Below are positions 1 through 8,063 of a stretch of DNA of 12,668 nucleotides, in pieces; the stretch's first letter is position 1, and the number at the start of each line of letters is the position of its first letter. The position numbers and the translations under genes were made by a program. The stretch is from Gemmatimonadota bacterium (GTDB taxonomy: Bacteria > Gemmatimonadota > Gemmatimonadetes > Gemmatimonadales > Gemmatimonadaceae). The notes under the pieces were generated by a model. That model was not told the DNA's origin and did not search any database. It was given only the letters and a program-made list of their open reading frames with translations. The DNA lies in NCBI GenBank assembly GCA_031372565.1, contig JANMLN010000172.1, positions 1 to 12,668 of the forward strand. Reading direction: 5' to 3'.

Positions 1-572
1 GGCAGGCCGGAGCCGAACTCGTACCCGTCGGGCGGCAGGTGCATCACGAGTGCGCGGCTCGCGTCCGGTGCACGCCACCACACCGCGTCACCGTCGGGCC
101 ACCGCGCGCCTCCGTAGCCGCGCCAGAGCACGATCAGGCGCGCCCCGAACCCGTGCGCGAGCGCGGGCAGCATGGCGGGATGGCCGAAGGCGTCAGGGGC
201 ATAGAGCACGTCGGGGGCGTGCGCGCCGAGGCGCTCGAGGACGGCCTGACCCGCCAACAGGTTGCGCACGAGCGCTTCGCCGGAGGGCAACAGCAAATCG
301 GCGAGCACATACCAGGGGCCGCTCTCGAGTTCTCCCGTCCGGAGCGCACGGGCGAGTTGCTCCGTCCGATCCGGCCGGACGTTCAGGTAGTCCTCGAGCA
401 GGATCGCCTGACCGTCGAGCAGGAAGCTGCCGGCGTCGGGGGCGTCGAGCAGGTCATCGACGAGCGCCACGAGCCGCGCGCGGAAGCGTGGCTCGGGGTG
501 ATACCACTCACGATCCCAGTGCGTGTGGGCGACGGCGAGGAGTCGCGCGAAGGGCGGACGTCGAGTGGACAC
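1..572 (-). CDS. Glycoside hydrolase family 38 (alpha-mannosidase / mannosylglycerate hydrolase-like), N-terminal catalytic domain; partial, runs off the left edge
   Basis: Manual minus-strand translation from GTG at 572 gives (M)STRRPPFARLLAVAHTHWDREWYHPEPRFR...FLLDGQ...GPWYVLAD...YAPDAFGH...MHLPPDGYEFGSGL. HxHxDxxW (Zn ligands), LDGQ, GPWY and DxFGH (nucleophile Asp) are GH38 N-domain motifs. No stop occurs before the window edge, so the ORF track omits it. An alternative in-frame GTG lies at 596. Confidence 0.9.
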   Translation of the reverse strand, partial: MSTRRPPFARLLAVAHTHWDREWYHPEPRFRARLVALVDDLLDAPDAGSFLLDGQAILLEDYLNVRPDRTEQLARALRTGELESGPWYVLADLLLPSGEALVRNLLAGQAVLERLGAHAPDVLYAPDAFGHPAMLPALAHGFGARLIVLWRGYGGARWPDGDAVWWRAPDASRALVMHLPPDGYEFGSGL

Positions 573-689
573 GTGCGCAACGGTAGCGTCGTGCACGTCG
601 CGCGGGGAGGGTGCTCCGCCCGAGCGAAACGTTCTCCTGCCGTCAAGCCGTTGACCCGGAGCGAGGCGGTGAGGAGCTTACCTTGCTGC

Positions 690-1328
690 ATGGACCTCCT
701 CACCGAACTTCTCCACAAGCTCCGCGACCTCCCAGCCCTCGTTCAATGGGCGGGGTACGTCGGGCTGACGATCATCATCTTCGTCGAAACGGGCACACTG
801 GCCTTCTTCCTGCCAGGCGATTCCCTGCTCGTGACCGCGGGCCTGCTCGCAGCGCAGCCGGCGTTCGGGCTGAACGTGTGGCTACTCGGACTGATCCTGT
901 CGGTGGCGGCCGTCGCTGGCGACACGGTCAGCTACGCCATCGGCCGGCAGTTGGGTCCGCGGCTGTTCACGCGCGAAGACTCGTTCTGGCTCAACAAGAA
1001 GCATCTGGCGTCCGCGCACGCGTTCTACGAGCGGCACGGGGGCAAGACGATCATCATGGCGCGCTTCGTGCCGATCCTGCGCACGTTCGCGCCCGTCGTG
1101 GCGGGTGCTGCGGCGATGCGCTACCCGTCGTTTCTGGCCTACAACGTCTTTGGCGGCATCGGGTGGGTGTGGAGCATGCTGCTCAGCGGCTACTGGCTGG
1201 GCCAGTTGGTGCCGGGGCTCGACAAGCACATCGAAAAGATGGCGATCGTGATCATTCTCGTGTCCGTCCTTCCCATGGTGTGGCACTGGTGGCGCGAGCG
1301 GCAGAAGGCCGCAGCGCAGACGACCTGA
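690..1328 (+). CDS. dedA: DedA family (VTT/SNARE-associated domain) membrane protein, 212 aa
   Basis: The real start is ATG 690 ([11 protein letters not shown]), with GAGGAG at 671-676. Motifs FVETG...[47 protein letters not shown] are typical of DedA. Several hydrophobic helices are present. The track's 39..689 extension is antisense of the GH38 gene plus the intergenic spacer. Confidence 0.93.
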   Translation: MDLLTELLHKLRDLPALVQWAGYVGLTIIIFVETGTLAFFLPGDSLLVTAGLLAAQPAFGLNVWLLGLILSVAAVAGDTVSYAIGRQLGPRLFTREDSFWLNKKHLASAHAFYERHGGKTIIMARFVPILRTFAPVVAGAAAMRYPSFLAYNVFGGIGWVWSMLLSGYWLGQLVPGLDKHIEKMAIVIILVSVLPMVWHWWRERQKAAAQTT

Positions 1329-1362
1329 CCTCGCCTCTCCACTTTCCACAGGAGTTGCTCCA

Positions 1363-1959
<597 letters not shown>

Positions 1960-1983
1960 TCACCGCGCCTCACGCAGCGTCTG

Positions 1984-2026
1984 ACGCCCGGCTCCCCGTT
2001 GCGATGGGGGCCGGGCGTTTCGATTT
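1984..2026 (+). terminator. Rho-independent terminator-like hairpin between convergent sodA and cyclase genes
   Basis: ACGCCCGGCTCCC (1984-1996) pairs with GGGGGCCGGGCGT (2006-2018), about 13 bp with one G-U, followed by TTCGATTT. It starts 25 nt after the sodA stop and abuts the stop of the convergent gene. Confidence 0.7.
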
Positions 2027-5000
2027 CAGGGCATGTGCGCGCCCAACCGATCGAGCAGCGCGCGCGCCTCGTCTCGCGCGGCCACCTGCGCATCCGCCGG
2101 AGCAACACGGGCCAGCGCCAGGAGCGCGCGGGCGTGCTCGCGCGGCGCATCCAGTGCGCGGGCCATCGCGACGGCGGCCTCGTAGCGCACCCGCGCGGTC
2201 GCCGTGTCGCCCGCCGCCTCAGCGGCGAGCCCCTCGAGAAGCCAACGACGCGCCCGAAGATGCGAGAAGTTGCGCGAGAGCCCGCGCACCAGACGCACGC
2301 CGGCCGCGGCATCCGCCGCGAGGCCGTCGCGATGGTCCCCCGCACGCTGCGCGTCGAGCAGCACCTCGACCGCGGCCGCGCACGCGTCGGCGACATAGTA
2401 CGCCGTTGGCGGCTGACGGCGAACCGCCGCGAGCAGCTCGCGTGCGGCCACGATCGCCACCTCCCAGTCACCACGATGCGCATGCACGACGGCGCGCGAG
2501 CGCGCCTTCAGGATGGTGCTCGCGACATCCGACACGCGCGTCTCCATCGCGCACGCTGCGGCGAGGGCGTGCTCCGCGGCGGACAGGTCACCGACACCGA
2601 GGGCAAACTCGACCTGGTTGAGCCACGCCCAGCATCCGAGCACCGTACTCCCGGTGGCGTCGGCGCGTTCGATGCATCGCGTCGCCGCGGCCGGACCATC
2701 GCGGCAATCGAGCGCCGTGGCCAGCACCATCGCGCGCACGCTCCACGCCTCTGTCTCGAGGTTGAAGTCACCGAGTTCCCGGATGCGCGCAAGCGCCTGG
2801 GTGTTGGCCGCGAGCGAGGCCACGATGCGACCGTTGGTGATTTCGCGGAGTGCCCCGATGTGCCAGACATACGCGCCTGCAGCGAACTGCCCCTCCAACT
2901 CGGCCATCGCCGCCGCACGCGCGCCGTACCAGTCGGACCATGGCTTCAGGCCAACGAGACTCGTGAGCGTCCCCATGTTGGCGAGCACGCGTGCAAGGGC
3001 GGGCGACGGACCCGCCGACTCGCCGACGTTCACGCCGCGGACCGTGAGATAAGCGAGGCGCGGCGCCGCCTCGCCCTCGAGGAAATAGATCTGACCCAGC
3101 GCCCGGTAGCAGTCCGTGGCCTCGTCGAGGCGCGCCTTGCGATCGGAGTGCCGGGCGACCGCCACGCTCGGTACGAGTCGATTGACCGCCTGGCGCGCGG
3201 CTGCGCGGAGCAACGCGAAGACGGTTGCGCCGAGCGTCGTCGGGACCGGACGATCCAGCGTCGCGACGGCGCGCTCGAGGTGCGTGCGCGCCGCCACGAG
3301 ATCCCCGAGAAAGTATCGCGCGGTGCCGAGTCCCTTGTCCCACGCCGCCCGGCGCAAGGCGTCCGGCGCCCCGGGCGCGCGCGCCGCCGCATCGAGCGCA
3401 TTGGTGAAGAAGAGCGCCGCCTCGGCAAAGGCGCCATCGCGGAGCGCCTGCTCCCCAGCCATCTCGAGGTAGGTCAACGCACGGGGTACGTCATCGGCCT
3501 GTGTCGAGTGCCACGCGAGCAGCGCGGCGACGGGGCCCAAGTCCCGGGCGAACTCGCGTTCGATCCAGGCGGCCACGGCGCGGTGCAGCGGCTGCCGCTG
3601 CGCGCGCGGCATGAGCGCATACGTCACGTCGCGGGTCGTGACGTGCTTGAAGAGGTAGCTCTCGTCGGGCGCGGGGGCATCGAGCGACGTGAGGTCGAGC
3701 GCCGCCAGTTCGTGCAAGCGCGCCGGGACCAACAGCGCTTCGTCCGGCATCGGATGCGTCTCGCGTACCGTGCGCTCGCGAAAGGTGCGTCCGACCACGG
3801 CGGCAATCTTGAGGCACAGCTGCTGCCCGGGCGTCAGCCGATCGAGGCGACTGACGATGACGCCTTCGACGGTCGTCGGCACGTCGAGTGATGTGAGGTC
3901 GCCCACGACGCATCGGCCCTCGACCACGGTCACGACGCCGGCCGCGAGCATGGCCTGCAGCAGTTCCTCGCAGAAGAACGGGTGGCCCGCCACGCGCGTC
4001 CGCACGTAATCGAGTAATCCAGCCGGCACCTCCGTCACGCCGAGCCGTCGCGCCACGAGTGCATCGGTCTCCACGTCCGACAGGTGGGTGAGCGCCAGGT
4101 GCGCCACGGTCGCGAGCGCGCGAAGCGGGCGCAGGTCCGTCGTATCCGGACGCGCGGTGATGGCCACGAGTGCGGCAGGCAACTCGCGCGCGACATCGAG
4201 CAGCAGCGCCGCAGACGCGGAGTCGAGCCAGTGGGCGTCCTCGATCACGAGCACGAGCGGTTGCTCGCGCGCCGCTTCGGCCAGCAGCGAGACGAGCAAC
4301 CGGCGCGTGTTGTCGGCGCGCACATCGCCGGTCATCTCGGCCGTGAGCGCATTGTCGCCAAGCCGGAGCGGAAGCACGGCGCCCAGGAGCGGCAGCAGAC
4401 GCTCGAGATGGGGCAGCGCCCGCATCCGTTCGCCGATCTTGGAGACGGCCATCGTGTCACCATCGCCCGTCACACCGAAGAGTTCGGTGAAGATCGGTCG
4501 CCACGCGTAGTACGGTGTGGACCGGTCGATCGCATCGGCAGCCGTCGCCAGCACACGCACACCGAGCGCGACCGCCTGGCGCGCGAGTTCCCGTACCAAC
4601 GTGGACTTGCCGAGCCCGGCGTCCGCCTCGAGCAGCATGACGCCGCCGGCGCCAGCGCTGCAGAAGGCATCCAGCGCCGAGGTGATCCGCGCGCGTTCGT
4701 CCGTTCGACCGACCAGGGCCTCGCCGCTGGGCACGAGCGCATCGGCTCGATCGCGCCGCGTCGTCGGGCGGTAGACCACGACCGGCTCGCCGCGGCCCTT
4801 CACGCGCACGGGCGGGCATGGCTCGGCACTGATGCGGCCGCGCGTCGCGGACACCGTCGGTTCGTCGGCCGTGATCTCGCCAGGTGCCACGTGCATGAGC
4901 CGCGCCGCGAGGTTGATCACGTCACCGCGCACCATGTAGTCGCGCCGGCGGTCGCTGCCGTACGCGCCGCAGATGGCGCGACCGGTCGCCAGGCCGATCC

Positions 5001-6030
5001 CCGTCGACAGTCCGCGCGATGTGAGCGCTTCGCGCAGCGCCCACGCCGCCTGCACCGCCCGCTCCGCGTCATCCTCGTGCTTGATGGGCGGCAGCCCCCA
5101 GATGCCCAGCAGAATGGTCCCCTTGTCATCCATGTCCACCTTCACGGTCCCCTCGAGGCGCCGCACGATGGATTGGAAGTCGCGCACCGCATCGTCGGTG
5201 CGGGCGAGTCGCACCTCGGCCTCGCCGTCGAGGTCGCTCAACGAAGGAATGGCAGAAAAGAGTACGGTCACGCCGCGGCTCTCGGCCAACCAGTCGGCTG
5301 AGGGCATCGCTTCGCGATCCAGTACCGCACCCGGGAGATGCGGACGGAGACGCTCCGGCGACACGACCGGGTCGATCGCGTGCGATGCGGGCACGGTGAC
5401 CTGCAGGGCATCGAGCACGGCGCCCTGACCGGCGACCGCGCGGCCCGTGGCGCGCGCCCCCGCCAGCGCCCACGCGCGGGAGGACAGGAGCACCTGTCCC
5501 GCGCTCGCAGCGTGCTCCGCAGCGACCGCATCGCGCAGCGCTTCTCCGCTGACCAGCAGTTCCCATCGCTGGTTGTCGCCACCGACGATCGCCAAGGTCG
5601 CGTCGCCCGCGCCGACACCGATGCGCGTGGCGAACCGCATGCCGCGGCCCGCGTCGCGATCATGCACTGCCTGCTGAATCGCGAGGCCCGCCGCCGCCGC
5701 CCGGGCGACGGTATCGGCCAATTCCTCGCCGGGCACAGTGGGCCAGACGCACAGGAACGCGTCACCGGCGATCGACACGACATCGCCACCGAACCGCGCC
5801 ACTTCGTCGACGAGGTCCGCGAAGTAGCGGTTGAGCGCCCAGGTGAGCTCTTCCAGCCCGGCCCGGCCACCCTTCGAGAACGTCTCGACGAGCGCGGTGA
5901 ACCCTTGCAGGTCGGACAGCAGGACGGCCGCCGACAGCTCGCGCGCCTCGGGCCCCGCGAGCGGCTCGGGGGCGGCCAGTCGCTCGCGCAGCAGGCGCGG
6001 CACATAGCAGTCCAGCAACCCGGTGGTCAC
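2026..6030 (-). CDS. Tandem class III adenylate/guanylate cyclase + STAND-type P-loop NTPase + TPR-like helical repeats (soluble adenylyl cyclase/ADCY10-like architecture), 1334 aa
   Basis: C1 domain: VLLSDLQGFT (D40) and GGDVVSIAGDA (D90). C2 domain: KVDMDDKG (K297), GLPP..HEDD, GDVINLAARLM (N373, R377), VKG. NTPase: LVGRTDE, Walker A ADAGLGKST (469-477), Walker B LVLVIEDAHWLD, GHPFFCEEL, RLDRL...LKIAAVVGRTF, YLFKH...RDVTY. The C-terminal ~500 aa are Ala/Leu-rich helical repeats. GTG start at 6030. Confidence 0.92.
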   Translation of the reverse strand: MTTGLLDCYVPRLLRERLAAPEPLAGPEARELSAAVLLSDLQGFTALVETFSKGGRAGLEELTWALNRYFADLVDEVARFGGDVVSIAGDAFLCVWPTVPGEELADTVARAAAAGLAIQQAVHDRDAGRGMRFATRIGVGAGDATLAIVGGDNQRWELLVSGEALRDAVAAEHAASAGQVLLSSRAWALAGARATGRAVAGQGAVLDALQVTVPASHAIDPVVSPERLRPHLPGAVLDREAMPSADWLAESRGVTVLFSAIPSLSDLDGEAEVRLARTDDAVRDFQSIVRRLEGTVKVDMDDKGTILLGIWGLPPIKHEDDAERAVQAAWALREALTSRGLSTGIGLATGRAICGAYGSDRRRDYMVRGDVINLAARLMHVAPGEITADEPTVSATRGRISAEPCPPVRVKGRGEPVVVYRPTTRRDRADALVPSGEALVGRTDERARITSALDAFCSAGAGGVMLLEADAGLGKSTLVRELARQAVALGVRVLATAADAIDRSTPYYAWRPIFTELFGVTGDGDTMAVSKIGERMRALPHLERLLPLLGAVLPLRLGDNALTAEMTGDVRADNTRRLLVSLLAEAAREQPLVLVIEDAHWLDSASAALLLDVARELPAALVAITARPDTTDLRPLRALATVAHLALTHLSDVETDALVARRLGVTEVPAGLLDYVRTRVAGHPFFCEELLQAMLAAGVVTVVEGRCVVGDLTSLDVPTTVEGVIVSRLDRLTPGQQLCLKIAAVVGRTFRERTVRETHPMPDEALLVPARLHELAALDLTSLDAPAPDESYLFKHVTTRDVTYALMPRAQRQPLHRAVAAWIEREFARDLGPVAALLAWHSTQADDVPRALTYLEMAGEQALRDGAFAEAALFFTNALDAAARAPGAPDALRRAAWDKGLGTARYFLGDLVAARTHLERAVATLDRPVPTTLGATVFALLRAAARQAVNRLVPSVAVARHSDRKARLDEATDCYRALGQIYFLEGEAAPRLAYLTVRGVNVGESAGPSPALARVLANMGTLTSLVGLKPWSDWYGARAAAMAELEGQFAAGAYVWHIGALREITNGRIVASLAANTQALARIRELGDFNLETEAWSVRAMVLATALDCRDGPAAATRCIERADATGSTVLGCWAWLNQVEFALGVGDLSAAEHALAAACAMETRVSDVASTILKARSRAVVHAHRGDWEVAIVAARELLAAVRRQPPTAYYVADACAAAVEVLLDAQRAGDHRDGLAADAAAGVRLVRGLSRNFSHLRARRWLLEGLAAEAAGDTATARVRYEAAVAMARALDAPREHARALLALARVAPADAQVAARDEARALLDRLGAHMP

Positions 6031-6068
6031 GAACGGAAGCGAGAGGGCTTGAGGAAGCGGCGCGCCGA

Positions 6069-6097
6069 TTGCGAGAGGAAATGTATGGTGCTACCCT
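6069..6097 (+). promoter_or_regulatory. Putative sigma70-type promoter for the four-gene operon
   Basis: TTGCGA (6069-6074), a 17-nt spacer and TACCCT (6092-6097, TAnnnT), with TG at 6089-6090 giving an extended -10. It lies in the locally AT-richer divergent spacer 6031-6151. Confidence 0.5.
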
Positions 6098-6151
6098 ATC
6101 GCCACACGAGCCACGCGCGTCGCGTCACGTGCCCCCCGGCCCCCTCGCTCC

Positions 6152-6658
6152 ATGCACGCCAGCTCCTCCGCGCACCTCGCCCGCAGCGCCCATGCGTCAC
6201 CGGCCGCCAGGGCGCCCTACGACCACGGCGACTTCGCCCTCGAGCGACAGGTCCAGCAGGGACTCAACCTGTTTCTCCGGCTCAAGTCCCCGGCGCAGAT
6301 GCTGGCCCTGCTCCAGTCCGTGAAGGCGATCCAGCCGCAGATCAACTACGCGCTGTCCTCCCTGCACTACGTGCACTTCGCGCGCTTCCTGCCGTCGCAG
6401 GATTTTTCGACGCTCATGGTCATCACCGAGTACGACGGCGACCTCGAGTCGTACCTCATGGACTTCGTGAAGGTGCTCGGCGATGCGTTCAACGTCATGC
6501 TGATGTTCGTCGACGGCGCGCCGCGGCTCCCGGTCCAGCGCTACCCGCGTGACTTCATCGCCTTCGTCATGGCCAACAACAACCAGCAAGTGCAGCCATG
6601 GTCGGCGTACCCGGCCATGACCGTCATCGACATCCAGAACATCCATGGCAACCGCTGA
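6152..6658 (+). CDS. Uncharacterised DyP-associated protein (HFARF ... EYDG ... SAYP.MTV motif set), 168 aa
   Basis: Strong GC3-type codon usage and a globular alpha/beta pattern: LHYVHFARFLP...LMVITEYDGDLESYLMDF...WSAYPAMTVIDI. It resembles, from memory, hypothetical proteins encoded beside DyP peroxidases. It overlaps the dyp start by 14 nt. The exact start is uncertain because the first ~20 aa are low complexity and there is no SD. Confidence 0.8.
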   Translation: MHASSSAHLARSAHASPAARAPYDHGDFALERQVQQGLNLFLRLKSPAQMLALLQSVKAIQPQINYALSSLHYVHFARFLPSQDFSTLMVITEYDGDLESYLMDFVKVLGDAFNVMLMFVDGAPRLPVQRYPRDFIAFVMANNNQQVQPWSAYPAMTVIDIQNIHGNR

Positions 6659-8063
6659 TCTCGCCCCGGCAGCAGCCCTCGACCTCGCCGACATCCAGGC
6701 GAACATCGTGCGCGGCTTCTCGGCCCGGCTCGCGCGTCACTTCGCGCTCGCCGTTCCCGGGGCCGCAGCGGGCGCGCACTTCCTCCGCGCGCTCCTGCCC
6801 GATGCGCCCGGCGACGGGCCGCGCGTCTCCACCGCCGCGCTCTGGGAAACGAAGCCCGCGTACTGCCTCAACGTGGGCCTGACCTTCGCCGGAGTCGGCG
6901 CGCTGGGCGTACCGCCCGCGGTCGCCGCGCTCTTTCCGTCACGCTTCCAGCAAGGGCCCGCGCAACCACCCGAGACCGCCACCGCCTTGGGCGACCGCGG
7001 CGCGAGCGCGCCCGAGCACTGGGTGCTCGGGGGCCCTGGCAACCCCGTCGTGCATCTCCTGGTGTCGTTGTACACGCACTCCCATGACGCGAGCGTGCTC
7101 GAGGCCTACTCGGCCCAACTGCGCACGCTGATCGCCGCGCACGGCCTCACGGAGGTGTCGCACCATGACGCCGCCGCACTGCCGGAGGGCCGCGTGCACT
7201 TCGGGTATCGCGATGGCATCGCGCAGCCACGGATCAAGGGCGTGCCCGGCAAGCAACTGCCCGACATGCAGCCGCAGTGCGAGCCCGGAGAGTTCCTGCT
7301 CGGCAAGGACTATCTCAACCAATACGACGGCAACTTCCTCGGCGACCTTCCGCACGCGATCGGCGACAACGGCAGTTACGGCGTCTTCCGCATGCTGCAG
7401 CAAGACGTGTCCGGGTTCGAGGCCTTCATCGAGCGGGCGGGCCAGCGATTCAACATGGATCCCGAGTTGATCGCGGCCAAGATGATGGGCCGCTGGCGCA
7501 GCGGTGCGCCGCTCGTGCTCTCGCCCGAAACGCCGCATCCCACGCCGCCCATCCCGCAGGGGGGGATCAACGCGTTCGATTACGCCCCGAGCGCCGACCA
7601 TCCCGCCTTCTACGACGATCAGGCCGGGCTGCGCTGCCCGGTTGGCGCGCACGCACGCCGACTGAATCCGCGTGGCGCGCGCGTGATGGGACATCCCCAC
7701 AGCCGGCGTATCATCCGTCGCGCGATGCCCTACGGCCCCAGCTACCGGCATGGCCACGATGATCCCGCCATCGAGCGCGGACTGGTCGGCTATTTCGTGT
7801 GTGGCGACCTGGAGATGCAGTACGAGTTCCTCGCGACCACATGGGCCAACCTTGATTTCGCGACGAGCGGCATCCGGGGCACGCGCGACCCGATCATCGG
7901 ATGGCAGCCGCCCGAGGGTGGCAAGTTCACGATCCGCACCAACGACACGCGCGATCCGATCTCGATCTCCGACCTGCCCGCCCTCGTCACCACGCGCGGC
8001 ACGCTGTACTGCTTCCTTCCCGGAATCGGTGGCCTCCGCTTTCTCGCGTCGCTGGCACCGTGA
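6645..8063 (+). CDS. Dye-decolorizing (DyP-type) heme peroxidase, long class C/D (class V)-like, no obvious Tat/Sec signal, 472 aa
   Basis: DIQANI at the N-terminus, NVGLTFAG, the GXXDG motif HFGYRDGIAQP (D190), GEFLLG, NGSYGVFRMLQQDV, AAKMMGRWRSGAPL, CPVGAHARRLNPR (proximal H336), RRIIRRAMPYG (distal R359), DPIIG, and YCFLPGI at the C-terminus. Confidence 0.95.
   Translation: MATADLAPAAALDLADIQANIVRGFSARLARHFALAVPGAAAGAHFLRALLPDAPGDGPRVSTAALWETKPAYCLNVGLTFAGVGALGVPPAVAALFPSRFQQGPAQPPETATALGDRGASAPEHWVLGGPGNPVVHLLVSLYTHSHDASVLEAYSAQLRTLIAAHGLTEVSHHDAAALPEGRVHFGYRDGIAQPRIKGVPGKQLPDMQPQCEPGEFLLGKDYLNQYDGNFLGDLPHAIGDNGSYGVFRMLQQDVSGFEAFIERAGQRFNMDPELIAAKMMGRWRSGAPLVLSPETPHPTPPIPQGGINAFDYAPSADHPAFYDDQAGLRCPVGAHARRLNPRGARVMGHPHSRRIIRRAMPYGPSYRHGHDDPAIERGLVGYFVCGDLEMQYEFLATTWANLDFATSGIRGTRDPIIGWQPPEGGKFTIRTNDTRDPISISDLPALVTTRGTLYCFLPGIGGLRFLASLAP

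Noticed and set aside
39..689. N-terminal 217 aa of the track's 429-aa ORF, suggesting a DedA fusion
   Set aside because: It is mostly the antisense frame of the GH38 gene. DedA similarity begins at ATG 690, which has its own SD-like sequence.
1999..3891. 630-aa plus-strand ORF (also 4084-5301 and 5338-6552)
   Set aside because: Arg-rich, motif-less shadow ORFs opposite the cyclase-NTPase gene, as expected at high GC.
2026..6030. Assignment as a known defence system (Pycsar, Avs, CBASS)
   Set aside because: There is no cyclic-nucleotide-binding effector gene in the window, and the tandem-cyclase architecture matches sAC-like proteins rather than those systems. A defence role remains unsupported.
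6085..6108. MVLPYRH... after an AGGA, resembling a YxH biarylitide-type precursor for the P450
   Set aside because: The frame has no nearby stop (it runs to 6552), does not match the MxYxH pentapeptide, is not adjacent to the P450 and overlaps the predicted promoter.
7901..8059. Track start for the hydrolase at 7901 (and for the P450 at 9667)
   Set aside because: Both would overlap the upstream gene by more than 150 nt. Coupled starts at 8060 (GTGA) and 9907 (ATGA) fit better.
8000..8063. Encapsulin cargo-loading peptide at the DyP C-terminus (LPGIGGLR)
   Set aside because: This is the conserved YxFxPS/G terminal strand-helix of long DyPs, not an appended GSLxIGSL-type tail after a linker. 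No encapsulin gene is in the window.
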